DNA of 64,000 nucleotides from Antedon mediterranea. Taxonomy: Eukaryota > Animalia > Echinodermata. Numbering within the stretch: the first letter of the stretch is position 1; each line of letters opens with the position of its first letter. The stretch is from contig NC_092677.1 of NCBI RefSeq assembly GCF_964355755.1, forward strand, positions 6,160,101 to 6,224,100, in the 5' to 3' direction. The notes under the pieces were generated by a model. That model worked only from the letters and a program-made list of their open reading frames with translations. It had not been told where the DNA came from and made no database searches. The translations under genes were made by a program, and so were the position numbers. Of the stretch, positions 24,242 through 39,560 are shown in pieces.

Positions 24242-25506
24242 GGCCAAATAAAAAAACATACTTGTTAAGCGTCACCGCCCGCTCCTGATTATCCAGCCGC
24301 CTCTCTTTTTATTTATTTTTTTTTTTTTACCGATATACAACGGAAAGTTCAGCGGCCCGGCCCAGCTCCAGAGTAGGGCTCGAAATTCACGCTAGCAAAC
24401 TAGCATTTTGCTAGTAGATTCTTCATAATTGCTATTTGAAAATTTCAAAACTAGCAAATGTTTGTTAGGCTAGTGTAATTTTTGAAAAATACGTACTTTT
24501 TAGCTTAGACAACGCTAGCCGCCGATCGCTCTATGTCGACAACGGCAATTTGGTGAAAACAATTGTTTCATTTACACGCCGCCGATTTACGTCAAGGAAA
24601 CGCGAATAGCACCGTGAATCATGTAATGTGGTAAACAGCATGCTTTTTCCCCAACACATTAAATCATGTGCATTTAGTACGTCGCTGAGAATTACATCAT
24701 CAGTCACGTGATTACAGAATACGCGATTATCAATTTAGGGATTTAACGAAATAAATATTTTGCCTACACAGTGGTCGAAGCGCGTTTTTTTATAGGTTCG
24801 TAAATAGGAAACACCCCATACATAATGGACTCTACCAATTTTGTTTACGATGATCTCGCGCTCGAGATCGGCACACCACGAGGTCCTGTTGGGCGATGGG
24901 TTTCCTTATGCCTGGTTTACCTGTGGAATAATTACATACACTTTTTGCATCACAACTTTAAATACTGATTTACACAGCAATTGGCAAAGGATTCATCAAA
25001 GAAGAATGAATACTTTGAACAAAAATTCACTTAAGAAATGCCGTAAGCTGTTTTCAAACTATAAATCAGCCCACTATTTAGTATTATTGAGACCAAATCA
25101 TGCTTCTCGCGATAGGGAATTTCCTGGATAGATGAGTCGAGTGAGAGACGGCGGATTAGATGGCCGATGAGTGAGGTGGGGGTAGCAGCTTGGACGGATT
25201 AGTTAGCCTAGGCTGGGCCTACAATTTCGCTTGGTGGCAATTAAATTTAATGTTTTAATTACGTCTGGATATAAACAATACAAAACTCAATTTTGTCATA
25301 AGGAATAATATTTCATACATAGTCAATTTTGTTCTGTTTCGCATTTTAAAAGTTTGACGTTTCGTTCTAAAAAAAGTGGGCCAAAACGTCCACCGCGCAA
25401 AAATATACCTCTATAAAAAGTAAAAAAAAAAAAAAAAAAACCGTCCCCCCGCCCCTGAAAATTTATGAAGGTGTGACGCTTAACAAGTATATTTTTTTAT
25501 TTGGCC
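24242..25506. mobile_element. Non-autonomous TIR element with TAA TSD (Zator- or Harbinger-like)
   Basis: TIR ggccaaataaaaaaa(c/t)atacttgttaagcgtcac at both ends, TAA at 24239-24241 and 25507-25509. A possible hAT-like end (tagggctcgaaatt) is nested at 24374. Confidence 0.8.
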
Positions 25507-25895
25507 TAATCATTTTCTTTTTTCCAACGTTCGTATCACTTGACTCACCCGACCTATAAATAAGGTTTTCAATTCAAAGGTACATGCTGTCAAACCTCTG
25601 CAACTTTACATAATAAACTTTTATTAATCGTATATATTTAGCCATTCATTTGAAATAGGCCAAGTAAACAGAAAAATAACTTAAATAGTTTGTAATTAAC
25701 AAAAGGTGTTCGTCTTACTGAATATTTTAAATAATTATTTTCAGCTTGAAAATACTGTTAGGCGTGTATGGCCGTAATACAAATCCTGTATTAAGATAAT
25801 ACTATCATAGTAGCCTCTACGGGACAACCAGCACAAATTGCACCAGATAAAGGGAAGATTGACTGATACTAAATTATTATTTAAAAAAACATATA

Positions 25896-27996
25896 CCGTA
25901 GTTCCTCGGGTATAATCCCACCTCGGGTATAATCCCACCCCCGACTTTACGATTACCTTCGCAAGCTAGCATATCCCCGGGCAAAGTCCCAGTGTATAAT
26001 TTAACATTAGGCCAGAGGTGGGCCTAGGCCTACTGTAGCTAGCTAGGCCGACGTCAATTTCTCACCAAAAAAATAGAGTAATTTCTCTGAATTTGGCTGA
26101 CTTAAAACTCATCAAACATTGTTAAGTTGAATACAACCATGGATTAAAGAATAGAAGGATATGCATCGACGGTGACATCAAACGATTTTACAACGCGCTT
26201 GCCTATACTAAAGCACTGCTGCCAATCAAACAAACACGTTCATTGAACTCCGTGTCTCTAACCGCGGCCCTCTGTAAAACGCTGCGAATCAACTGTTACA
26301 TTTTTTGAGACCAAAACGTAACCATGTAGAAATCGTATGCGCAGTCTGAATGTTCTATTGACATGTCTGCGTCGATGATTAATTGATAACAAACATATAT
26401 TGCTGAATAATTCTGTTTTAGTTTCATCACAATCGGACTACGAAAAGTTCACTTTCTTACGACTGGTAATTTTAGGTAGTTGGTAATATTAATAAAATAT
26501 GCCATTTTTATATTTGAATTATCATTATTTGCCTGCCATCTTCTGTCATTAAAAATTGCGTTAATCTATAGAATATTAAATTATGCATTTGACCATGTAT
26601 GTTGTTAGCGTGGCCGGTGTTCAGACATACAACAATCGTGTTTTTTAATATATGGCTAAGCAGTGGTTTCTTCATAAATCTCCTTAATTATCGATGTGAT
26701 TATATTTAAACTGTAGTGCCTGGTGATTGGCTAGTGGTTATGTCATCCACATCACATCCAATCACCGGGCCTAATTGAATGAAAACAGCGATCCCTGATC
26801 CGGGATTGGCTGGCTATGTATAGTTGCGATTCGTTACCTAGCGGTCGTTTTGAAAAGTACACGCAGGGCAAACTTGATCACGAACAAACGAAGTAGGCCT
26901 ACCTATTATTATTATTCACACAAGAAGTAAGACAACGGTGAGTATTTAAGATTAGCCTAGGCCTACCTAGGCAGTATCAATGTCGGCAAATCATAGGGTT
27001 TACTAGCCCAGTTTAGCCTAGTTAGTACAAGGCCTGGGCCTAGCTAGGCTAGCATTCTTGCTGATTTTGTAATTTTACAACAAATGAGACAACTAATAGT
27101 TATTGTCTCAGATGTAGGGCTACTACAGGTCATAAAATGCTACTTTAATCATCATAAAAAAATCATTAGCGTAGATCAATCGCGGCAGAAACCAACATAG
27201 TCAATAGTTGACCATCTACAAACATCATGCCACCAAAGAACGCGCGAAAGAAGCGTAGTAGCCAACAAGGTTAAATGTCGTTGCACATGTGCAGTAAACA
27301 ATATATTAGGCACGCGACCGTTTCGTTGTTACCATGCGGTTAATTAAACTGTAACATTGTGGGCGGTCCGCGGTCTGTCGGCGAGAGTCAAGGAACCCTT
27401 GATCTCACGTCGATGCATATCCTTCTATTCTTTAATCCATGATACAACTAAGGCTAGCATGCCCTGATCGTCACGTTCTGTTCATCCTTTCGCCATCGTG
27501 TACATATTCTTTCTTGTTGTTTACACTAACTGTGCATGCTTGATTACCGTAAAAAAAACACCGCCCTCTATACCGACCGGCTTGTGCAGCAGTAGAGTTT
27601 GTGTCACATGCAACAACATGCGATTTACACAGAGAGCTCGAGCGGCGTGTGGGTGAACATGGAGAACTTGTATGATCGAGTTCATGTCGATTTAGGAAGC
27701 TAGGCCTAGGCCTAGATCACATTTTAGGGTATTTTTTAAGTAGAAATCTCGGGAAAAATCTATACGGTAGGCATAGCACAGTTAAGACCAATTAGGCCGC
27801 CTAGGCCTAGATGGCCTGGCCGTATAATTGCTAGGCCTACATCGGAATATAGCTTTTAGATAGCCTAAATCGTAGCTAGAAGAAATATCGTCATTTTCAG
27901 TTCATGCAGCGGGAAATCCCTGGGTATAGTCCCACCTCCCAAATTCGGGCAAATTTCACGTACAAGGGGGGTGGGATTATAACCGGGGAACTACGG
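25896..27996. mobile_element. Tc1/mariner-type non-autonomous element
   Basis: TIR ccgtagttcc(t/c)cgg(g/t)tataatcccacc with TA duplication at both ends. A related remnant lies at about 58546-58770. Confidence 0.85.
26138..27441. mobile_element. Non-autonomous P-superfamily element nested in the Tc1/mariner element
   Basis: Perfect 34-bp TIR catggattaaagaatagaaggatatgcatcgacg, CAT...ATG termini, 7-bp TSD atacaac at 26131-26137 and 27442-27448. Confidence 0.85.
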
Positions 27997-28107
27997 TAAT
28001 TAAAATATCTATTTATAATTGACCGTTTTAAATACACAGTGCACAAAGACATTTTAATATTTTACAAAATATTGAAATATATTGAATATATATTGAAATA
28101 TAGTATA

Positions 28108-29489
28108 CTAGCAATTATACCCGCCCCAGGGCGGGTTTCAAAATTAGTTTACAGCCTTCTCAGTACATAACACCCGACGCCATGAGTATCTGTCTATACT
28201 CGCCAACCTCCACCCCTCTTCAATAACACCTCATACTCTTTCTTAAAAACAAATTCTTCCCAGTGATGGACAAATTCAATTCAACCTAAGCTTCGAATTG
28301 AGAGGAGTATGCATAGCTACGATGGGTCTAATAATGGTTAAATGGTACGGTGTAAATTGTGTAAATGAATAGGTGTCATATTGGCTGATAATTAAAATAT
28401 GTAATTTAGATACTGCGGTCCCCCAGCCTTCTTTCTCCTTTCACCACCCAGCCACCAACAAACCTTGACTCCTCCCCTGGACAGTTCAAATTTAGTAACT
28501 TTCCTTAGTACAATCCAATCATATAGGCTACTTCATTAAGCTAGTATTTTCGCTCCTCCTCCCCCTACTACACTACACCCCAGTACAAATTATGGTATTA
28601 TCACTCCCAACCCATAATCCCTCAGTGGCAGTTTTCAAATACAGTTTCGGTCATGGTGATACGCCTACATCCCCACCCCAACCTCCCATCCGCTTCCCAG
28701 GGATGATTAAATACTTTAACATTTTCCAACCACAATTCTGGTGTAAGCAAAATCCCCACTATCCCCTGAACCCAAACCCTATCTCCCAACCCCACTCTCC
28801 CACAATGGGCGTTTTTCCCTTGGAGGATTGGTGGTGTAGTTGAACACAGTAACAGTAAACAACGTTTGTATGTTCACACAGGAATGGATGTTTGTACTGA
28901 GACAATCCAAGAGACGATACATAGCTGGATATGGTTAAAGTACTTTGCTAAATGTGTAAATGAATAGGTGTCATATTGGTTGATTAATAAAATATGTAAA
29001 TCTATATACGCCTTGCTGAGGATAATTAAAATACTGTAAAACTTTTGTAGTATAATTTTACAATTCAATAGCCTACAACCCCGAGCCCTAGCAAAAAATG
29101 ACATCACAAAGCACCACACCACCCCCGCCCACCCCTCCCACCCCTCCCACAAAAACCCCAGGAGTCAGGGGAATTTTTTAAAATGTAGTTTAAAACCTTC
29201 CGGGTACAATTGCCATCATTTTAATACCCCATACGTATGGTTACGCGCAGAAACAGACATTTTTATAACGAACAAACATCGAAAGTGGGGGGTTTGACCA
29301 CATTTTGGTCCCTAACTTGGATCCTAGGTGGCGGATGATGTTGAAATATAGCTTAGAACATTCCCGGTACAATTGCGGTCATTTTGATACCCCATATGTA
29401 AGATTATGTGCAGTAACAAAATTTTGTATAACGAACAAACAAACAAACAGACAGACAAACTCTCTCACTTATAATATAGATAATATAGA
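28108..29489 (-). mobile_element. Non-autonomous Helitron
   Basis: On the minus strand it starts TC followed by a (tgtc/tgtt)n tract, and ends with hairpin cccgccc-tgg-ggcggg plus CTAG. Inserted between A and T. Contains internal duplications. Confidence 0.75.
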
Positions 29490-30754
29490 TATACAAGAGT
29501 ATATATATTTGCATATTTGATAATGTACTGCTTATAATGGCAATAATATATGCCTTCAAAGTGTGGCTATTTAAAAGAATGCTAACTACGTCACACAGTG
29601 GCAATGCAATGAAGAAATACTGATCAGACGGAGTGGATGAAACGAAAACATAGGCAAGGGTAGAAAATGCCGATTTTAGGTGGGCACGTTTGAGCGTATC
29701 AACTACTTAAAAACTCAAAGTATGCATGAGAGGTACAGTTGAAGAAAATAGGTGAAGGCAAGGGAAAGCAAACATATCTAGACTAATAAACAGACCAACA
29801 AGAAGATCACCAAAAGTAGTGAAATAAAAGACAATTATGGCATCAGAGTTCTTGGTATAAATATCATACTCGTATAAGGCAGTATAACAACATCAAATAC
29901 AGTACTGTAATAACAAAATCGCAATTAAATAGATACAAAAATTGAATAATATTATATAGTGTTTTATACTAAAGTACTAGATAAATATTTTTGAACATAT
30001 TGCGTTTCATACGTATACTACTTGAGTTTGAATTTTCAGACAAAAATCGAAATAAAAAAGACAATGAATACAGACTTGGGGCAACTACATGCGGTTTAAG
30101 TGATTAAATATTTCTCTTAATCAATTTCGGAGTCTATTTCAAGCCTATAAAAATCAACTTGAATTGGAAAATTATTTCCATAAAGAAGGCATTTGTTGTT
30201 TAATGTAGTAATAATTATGTTGGCAAGACTATTTTTTATGACAAATACCCTTTTGTCATGTTTATTATATATTATTTTCCAGCATAACAACACCAGCATG
30301 CGGTTGTTCACTTCATTATAAACAAGTAGGCCTAACCATTATAAATCGACCGTCATCATCATTATTGATTAAATCCGTTATACAGTATCTGTTTGAAAAC
30401 AGACTCTTAGAATAGGAGCGTCATTCAACACACAATATATTAGAATACTGCAGAAATTGCCTTGAATTGAATATATACAATATATAAATCGTGGTTACAA
30501 TAAATATTGCGTTCAACAAAGAGTAAGGTGCAGTATTCTAAATACTAATTGTATTGTAATTGTAATCATATATACTGTAACGTATTCGAAACATTCAAAC
30601 TTCTCCGTTATGACTGTTTTCGTTTGTTCGCGAAATTAGATCAATTGGGATAGTTTACACGTTCAATTAGATTGTTGGGAAATTGTTTTCATGTAATTAA
30701 GAAGAAGTAGTAATACCGGTAGTTGTATTGATTGCTCCATTAGTATATGTCTAT

Positions 30755-33700
30755 TTAGATAGCCGTCTGTAAACCGACGGAGTAACTTGAATCCGTCTGA
30801 TTTAGTTGAATGTAAATTGCGTTCTTGGCTGTAATCGTTTTTTCTTGACGTTTCTGCGCAAGCTCACGTTTATATTTTATCCAGACGTAAAAAGGTAAAA
30901 AATGACCAAGTAAGGTTGCTAGGAGAATAATGATATGCACCTATAGAAATTGGAGAAAAAAAAATCAATTATTATAATTAATTGATGTTTTCATTTGTTG
31001 TTGTTGCCAACTGCGTATTGAATTTTGTTGATTGTGAATAATATGTTTTAGTATTCTTGAAGTCTGTAATATATTCTGGTAAATGATGGTACGGTATAAA
31101 TACCCTATAAGGACACAACACACTCCAACTTAGGGCCTATTGTATTTTTTAATTCGTTGTATCTTACGAAAGAATAATTGATTCATCATAAAAACCCTAA
31201 TCAACGAGCTATCGATTGTGTATATTTATTTGAGGTAAAACTTACAAATTTCGGGTTTCCACTCGGTGAACTTTGTGAAAGACGAAGTAGAGGAGCCTGT
31301 AGAAATGTTGACACACCTGAACTTAGGTAAACCAACCCGTAGAACTTTCCAAAATGTCGCTTGGGAAAACTGCAAAGAGCATGAGCGTCATCAAAGTTTC
31401 ATCAACATGATAATGATTAACATTTATTGTGATGTCATCAACAATTGATAACTGATCATTACCGTACATCATCATACTGATGATGGCATATCATATCAGA
31501 ATGATAAGTTATGTTTTAGATTTGTGACAATCAATTTGATTAAAAAGGCCTACTTATGACTATATCATCGGGTTTATATATGACAAAGGCAATATGATGA
31601 TGAGCTCCGGATATCAAATGGTTTATCTGTGGCTGCGAAATGATCAGTCAGATCAACCTCCTAAACTTTTTGACTGATTTTCGATTAGCCAATTAGTTTC
31701 CTCAAATGATTGGTTAACAGACATCGCGCTGCGGAGAATATGTTCATAGTATTACTGTTAAACCCCCAAATCAGTTTTTTGTGTATCAAAGGTCAGGTAG
31801 GATTAGGCATCTTAAGGGTCATAATCGGCACAGAAACTCCCTACTTCCTAGTAAATGCAATCAATGAGTTCAACTGTAGATTTTAAGATAATGTTTAAGT
31901 TTAGTATTTATTTATGTTGTAGTGTGGTGAGTTCTTGCAGCAAGCAAGAAGAATTTTAACTGTCACATGTTTGGCCTTTGACAATAAAGTTTTCTTGTAT
32001 TCTTGTATTTATTGCAGTTAGACATAAGGTCAAAGGACCGTTAAAGTTCCTATTTTGGCAAGGCAGAGCTCATCATACATCAAAGCATTGGTTAGGCCCG
32101 CATCATTACTATTAAAATGATTGTATAGTATACTTTTTCCTGACCAGCATTATCTTTGGGGTGCCTCTGTCTTGGTTGTTGTCTCTGAGCACCCGGTCGT
32201 CTGTGGCAAGGCAAATGTGTATCCTGTTCCTTTGTTTGGTCACCTAGGTAGGGGTCCGGGGACCGCGACAGAACGAGAACGGATGGGGACCCTCCAAAGA
32301 AATTGCATTTTATTTGTCGGGCATTTGTATGATTTGTTTTATTTTTTTGAATGCGCCTTGAGCATGCAGTCTTGAGTGGTATGTGCGCTATAAAAATCCT
32401 GTTATTATTATTATTATTATTATGTTTTATTATGTTGGGAGGTTCATTCTTGTTTGATAAACTTACACGATAGCAATGAATGATGCTATAACAGCATGAG
32501 CAAAACCTCTGTTAACTGTCACCAGCACAAACGTAATTAGCTGAAAGAAAATAAATTATGGATATTTCGTCATTTCTTTAATTCGGATAGTACCGTACTG
32601 TACATCCATATAACAAAACTGGATATACTGTAGTTTTAATTTCGGAATGCCTTTGTATAGACCTACCACGTGCTCGAAAATTGCGTGTAAAATTTAAAAA
32701 ATCATATTTTTGATTATTTCATAATGCATGAAGAAAAGTAAGGAATTTGTTATGTTTTTACTTTAAAATATATAGATGCAATGGACGTTGAAGGAGAGTG
32801 CTTAATTGCTAGAGAATGTTGCGTGATCTGACTGATTACATCACACATGACGTCAGAATATAAAAAACAAATTACCACTGTATATCTAGTTTAACATACT
32901 GAAACCATTAAATATGGATGCTTGTTCCGTGGAATAGCCTCAATGATGCCTAGAACAGAGTAATTATCATTGAACGAACAGAAAGATCAAAATAATATTA
33001 TAATAAATGCTCCATTACGAATGAGTATGTAATTCTGAAACACGCTGCTGACGTCAATCAGCATCACCTGATAGCATCACCCGATAGGCCTCATAATAAA
33101 GCAATAACAAGAACACACTATCGGAGTTTGTAAATTGATTTCATAGTAATATGTACTTAAAGCCGGTAGATATACACGCACAATTCTCAATAGCCAAGTT
33201 GAAACATTCAGCTCTTTTATAAAGCTGATTTTCTGATAAATATTTCAGATAAACAGTTCATTCCTCCTTCGTCGAGATCATCCATTTAGGCTAATTTATT
33301 TTGGCAAACGCCTTTCTGCGCGAACCTTTTTACTACTAAAAGCACGTTTGGACATTAGTATACATATATCCTTATAACAATTACTTGACTGTTTTTAAGG
33401 CTAATTAAACATTCAATAATTTAACTAAATACATACTCAGGCCAGCAACGAGGGTTTGTTATATATATAGGCCTACTCTGAGATCCTTGTTCCTCCTAAA
33501 ATGTAATTATAATTCTGACATTTTCGTATCATGAGTTCCGTGACCAAGGTGTCCCTTATAATCTAATCCTCATATCCGAGGATCCATTTTCAACAATCTT
33601 TAATGTTCTTAATATGATAAGGTCTTACCTGTGCATTAAGTATTGGTATGAGAACTGTAATGGAGTATAACACACATGATGATGTCGTAATCATAAGAGC

Positions 33701-36700
33701 AATGATGGATCTGAACAAGGGCGATCCGGTTCCGCCATCTAGTACCACTCCAACGAGCGGCGAAACAAGCACAATCCCGAATGAAATGTAACCAAATAAT
33801 GTCGTGTAATAATTCACTGAAATTAAAGAGATTTATTAATTTGACGACCGTAGCCTATACTAGTGTTGATCAACATTTGTTCACGTCACAACATGTAGAT
33901 GAAAATATGAATACACATGCGCATTAGTCAACGCTTTCGATTTTGTGTAGAATCTTTCATTGAAAAAAAACTGTTCTTTATTTCCCCTATTAAAATTCCT
34001 ATATAAAATATGCGTATTACAAAACCACATGCTGTGGTCAAAGACTGATTTTAGGTGGTTATCTCAATACTTACCTGTTTCTTCGTTTCTGTCAGTTAGA
34101 AATCCAAGAAAAGGGTTCAGAGTTCCTAGGAAATAGTATTCGCGGAAGACCACGACAGTGGCCCAGATAAGAGTGAACAAAAACATAAGCGATCTAAAAT
34201 GTGTCCAAAAGCTTTCATCCTTTTGATTCAAATCAGATTGGGATAATTTCTTGTAGTCATCTAGACAATCAATAACAGCTGAAAATATGAAAAGATAATA
34301 ATTATAAGTCCGCCTAGATACATTAAGAAATTGAATGAGATAGGTATTATTCAATCCACATTCTTGTCTGATTTTCAATAGCCGTAATAATTGTACATGT
34401 GCAAAGCTTATGACATTATACACACGTTGTTTTCACGTCTTGGAAGCATGCACTCAAATGCATTCCATTATAAATGCATTGTAAATTAATAAAATACAGT
34501 ATAAGAGCCTGATTTCGCTTCTTGGAAGCACGCACTGTATTCACAGGCATTCGATTATAAATTTAAATTGTAAATTAATAATATCGATTACATCACATAT
34601 TACCAATCTAAACACAGTAAAACTGTATTCCCTATTGCATTATCTGGATTGTTTATAAAACGTGCAGAAGTGATGTACTTCTGTGGTGTACTACAAACTA
34701 CATTAGGATGAATTATGTTTGCGCAATAATGTATGTGACTACTGATACCTAATACGTGTACAAATATTATAGTATTTAATATTTACAGTTAAGAAATCCA
34801 CACACACAAAACACGCAATCAGTAAGTATTAATGCTTGACGGATTCAAGACTCGTTGATTGAATATTCAAAACTATAGCATTAAATGAGGATAATAGTGG
34901 TATTTTTAAATTGATTTTGAAAACAATGTTTAGACCACCAATTAGTTTAGAGGAAAACGCAACCTGAAGACTTACATTCTCTGCTAAGGTAATGTTCGTG
35001 TAACCGATAACCAATTCGTGGACTAACGGCTGCCGCTGGGTAAAGGACACTCTTATGTTCTTCAGATGAATCATCCTCTTCTTCGATTTCGATTCTTTCC
35101 GATGGTACAATAAAGAAAGTGTTTCCCAGTGTAAGAACTGTATAAATACCGAGTAACGCGAACATCTGGTGTTGGAATAATATTCCTGCTTCGGCAAGTT
35201 TCTGAAAGAAAGGTTAAAGTGGGGTTTTTTTTCGGTTACATTCTGTCGGTAATTTCACAACATTATTCGTATGTAGCCTAAAGTCTTTTGCAACAGGGTT
35301 TCCAAACCGAGAAATGCAAATCGTAACATGAAAGTTGGTAAGCCTATGTTCTGTGTTACATGGAGCAACACCTCCTACAAGCTGGAACTGTTATTTGTTT
35401 ATGATACAAACAGTATACAGTATGTACCTACAGAGCATAAAATGAGGACCAACTAGAAGTAAACTTGTCTCAGTTGGCCCTTTAACATGGTTACAAACAA
35501 ATAATAAGTACAAGTGAGATATATGATGCATCAGTAATAAGGATATAATACAAATAGTTGATGTCTTCTATATCAATAGGAATTGGTTGTTCCATGATGG
35601 GTGGGGCCTTGTGATTATGATACTCATTGGGCCTTTATACCCAACATTATGCCATCATAATTTTTTCATCACCATATCATCAGCAACAATCCATAATAAT
35701 GTTTGCTAAAGCTTGGTCCCCACTAGGACGCAACGCAAGGACGTAAACGCAACGCAAGTGTGTTGACCAATGACAAGCGACAGTTCGAATAATTCATCCC
35801 TTGTGATTGGTCCTTACGTCCTTACGTTGCGTCGCTAGTGGGAACCACGCTTTACGTTGCGTTACGTCCTTGTGTAGCGTCTCTAGTGGGAACAATCAAG
35901 CTTTATTCTAATGCGCAAAACTAATACCATTTCACCAAACAAACCTACGAGATATTGTGCCAGTTATAGCATCGTACCATAATTCTGAATTATGGAACGC
36001 CGATTGTTTCAATGAATAACGTGCAATTCTAAATAACACGAACATGTTTCGTTTTATTTAATTCCTTATTGTTTTTTTAATGTAGATTCAGCCGAAAGTT
36101 AGGGGAACTAAAGTACGTCAACAGGTAGTACTAATAACAATATCATTTCCGTTATTGATAAAGGACATCTGACAATAACAGGAAAGGTATTTTAAATCGA
36201 TATACCAGAGCCAAACATATGAGCCAAATGTACGCATTTTGTGTGTAAGGTGTAGGCCTAAATATGTCGTCTCGAGAGAATGACAAGAAGCTTATTATCT
36301 GTTCCTGGTGATGCTCTCGACATTAACGCTTCGAAGTCTTTCTTTAATGCTGTACCGGTAACTCAATCAAATGCTATTGTTTGAAATTGAAACAATTTCA
36401 GAAAAGTACAACGGTCGTTGACTTTCAGCTTTAGGGATTTATCATAGCCATCAGTTTAGCAGTAATTACATTTTGATCTTGAACGAACAGGTTTTTTGGG
36501 TTACTTCCTCTAGTCTCAAAGGCTTAGCTTTTGTTTTGCATATTTGTTGACATGTTGGAAATGTGAGTGCAAACGGATACTACGTTAAAACAATGTAAAG
36601 CAACAAAATAACCAACGCCATAATTAATTGTATACGTGTTTTTTTTTCATCAAGAACTTTGAGGCATAATTCCTATAATAAGCGAATTAATAATTGTTTA

Positions 36701-38847
36701 CAGTATTTCTCTTCCATTTGATTAACAGATTATGAAATCGTACCAATGCTCCAGAGTCGAATGTTATTCATTTTGCTTAAACAGAACAAGTTTAACCCTC
36801 GATTTTTTCTCGAAAATACACGGTTATCCCGCGTGTTCATAGAAAAAACAAGAAGACTATTAGTAGGCCTAGTTAATTGTATTCTCACCTGAACTATAAG
36901 ATACACAACTGTAGACATCATACAGGCACCGTTCAATAAAGATATGATTGTATGACGTAAGTTAGGGAATAAATTAGCTACCTGTGAAAAAAGAAATCAA
37001 CAGGGAATTAATAGCAGATACTAATTAACATAAATATTGTGTGCTGAATAATAACGCACAATTTGTACTACAGTGGGGTTCGCGTCATTTCACAATTCCC
37101 AAATTAATTGCTTTCTTTCTCTTTCAATAAACATGTCATTAGGCCTACTAAATATTGATATTCGTTTTCATTGAATAAACAATATGCCTACCTCAAATAA
37201 ACTAACTAGAACAGGAGCTCCTATGAAACCTTGAATAGCGGTGGCGGGAAATATCCAAAACGGTGTCTCTGAAAAAAAAAAGAATAAATTAATATGAACC
37301 CCAAAGTTATAAGTAATTTAAATCTTGTTCATCTGTCTGGTATCTATATAAATATGTTTTTTAAATATCTAGTTGCATATCTTTAAATCTAAGTACATTG
37401 TGTATACTGGATGGAGTGTGGGTCTATTGCTCATAACCTATTGTTAATCTTGACAATGTGCTTTTTTTCGTTTTTCTTTGGTGAACCTGACATTTAAGAA
37501 AAGGGAAACAAGTTTGCCTTTTGATATTTTGTGATTTGCCTCCATTTGTTGAAAAGTAAGGTGTATCTCATTCTTAACACATTACATCAAGACAATTAGG
37601 CTAGAATTCAAGAATTTGATCCTACCTTTACTAGAAAAGCCATACATTAAAAACGTGGTCGCAAACAAAACACTGAAAAAGAAAAATACCATTTTAGGAA
37701 AAACCATCGAAGAGCAGTGCAAGCTCTGTGTGTTCAAACGTTAGATGTATGCACAGCATTTAACATTTCAAATTAAGGCCTTTAACAGCTTTATAATAAA
37801 TAATTAGGATTTGCTAAGTTAAAATTGAAAAGGATTGCATCAACCTTCTGTAAAGTTACTGCTGATAATTTCACAGTAAGGACGTACGCGGAACGCAAGT
37901 GATTTGACCAATCACACGCGCGATGGATAATGCGAACTCACTTGTGATTGGTCAACTTCCTTACGTTGCCACTATATGTCGTGTACGTCTTTGCGCTGCG
38001 TTTCTATAGTTGTTGGAGAACCACGCTTATGACATTTTGTAGGAGGTACCATAATACGTCCGATGGCTTTTGTTAAACTTCAATTTTGTAAATCGCAATG
38101 CATTTTTGTCTTACCTCGTATCGTATAGTTCATCTTATCATTTTCTAAAACAATTCATGTCACGGCGACTGCAGTTAATTGTATTTAATTAACAGTATTT
38201 AGATAATTGCATATGCCAATTAAACACTCTACGAATTGTGACAATCTTAATTAAAAACATCCCTTTTAAGAGAAACAATAATAACACCGGTCATTCACCT
38301 TTTTAAATTGAGAGTGAAATGTCACTGTGAATGTCGAAAACCGTGTTAATTGGTGGTTGTTCGACAATGAATGACCATTACTGAACAGGCCTATAAATTT
38401 ACAAGTTAGGCCTTTAATGATAATACAAACATTTGAATCTCACCACGAAATAAGCCTGATTTTTCTAGGTCCGAGCAAATCATACATGACCCCTGTTGGC
38501 AGACATCCTATAAGTAGCACACACGAAGCCAGTGTAAACACCAGATTGAGTCTTTGATCTTGTGCAGGACAAGATACGTAAGTCCTTTCAAAACTACCAC
38601 TAACACCGCTACTTTTGGCAAGAATAGATGCATCACCAATAGGTACACCCACAGTTACGTTAGAATATGAATCGTCACATAATTCGTTGTAATAACCCTC
38701 TTTCTTTAGAACCGTCACCAACCATGGCCATCCGTAAACAAGAGTCGTAAAAAATCCTTCGAAAATTGCTGGTATAATAATCAGTGGACTTCGCTTTCTT
38801 CCCCCTCGAGACCTCATCTGTATTTTCGGTGGGGTTTTTTCTAACAT
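30755..38847 (-). CDS. SLC43A3: SLC43-family MFS transporter (SLC43A3-like), about 540 aa
   Basis: Exons 38847-38444, 37672-37626, 37268-37192, 36981-36889, 35201-34976, 34278-34075, 33816-33629, 32540-32467, 31369-31246, 30940-30755 join in frame. Motifs YGWPWLVTVLKKEGYYNELC, CPAQDQRLNLVFTLA, ANLFPNLRHTIISLLNGA, FPKRHFGKFYGL. The exact paralogue is uncertain. Confidence 0.85.
32130..32430 (+). mobile_element. Probable LINE/SINE 3' tail (L2/CR1-like)
   Basis: GC-richer segment ending gcgccttgagc...gtgcgctataaaaatcctg(tta)n. Confidence 0.45.
35710..35902. mobile_element. Copy of the 6522-6661 MITE family with duplicated right end
   Basis: agcttggtccccactaggacgcaacgcaagg...ctagtgggaac, right end present twice. 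Confidence 0.75.
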
Positions 38848-39560
38848 CGGTGTTAATTTAAACCACCTAACAATCGATCAGTGCAGCTTTATTGAAATGC
38901 CTCAATCGTTGTTTTACAAATATTTTGAGTTGATTAGCTTCGCCATATTCCGTCTCTGTTACTTTTAGACATCTACAAAAAAATTACAACTTTAGGTTTA
39001 GGTTAAGCCAAGAAACGGTCGTGTACTAAATGTCTCAATACCCATTGACCCTACTTAAACCGTGTTTTCCTTTTGAAATCAATACAACCATTATGTCACT
39101 TATACACAATAGGAAGCAGTGACAATGGAACGTTTGACAACCACAAGGCCGTGGCAACAAAAGGTGGACAAACATACTGTGTAGGTCTATGAATAAACAT
39201 AATATTGTAAAAGCTAGTTTATGAGGCCCATTATTCTATGACGGTGTTCTAAAATGTTAGGTACATCCACCCCCCCCCCCCCCCCACCCTACGTATAACT
39301 GAGTGCACCCCTATTGAATTACAACAGTAATACTATAAATATATAATACGTTGCATGCTCCGCCTAGACATTAACATTCTCCGATGCGATTGTTTGCTTT
39401 CTTAACGTTAACAAAATAATACTTCTTTCAGTAAATATACAAATAATTTAAAAAGTGAATGGACACAATTTGAAAGGGTGCCTCAAAGTACACCTTAGAG
39501 TTTAATATAAATTCAGGCCTAATCGATTTTAGGCCCTACTCAATGAAAAATGTAATTTAA

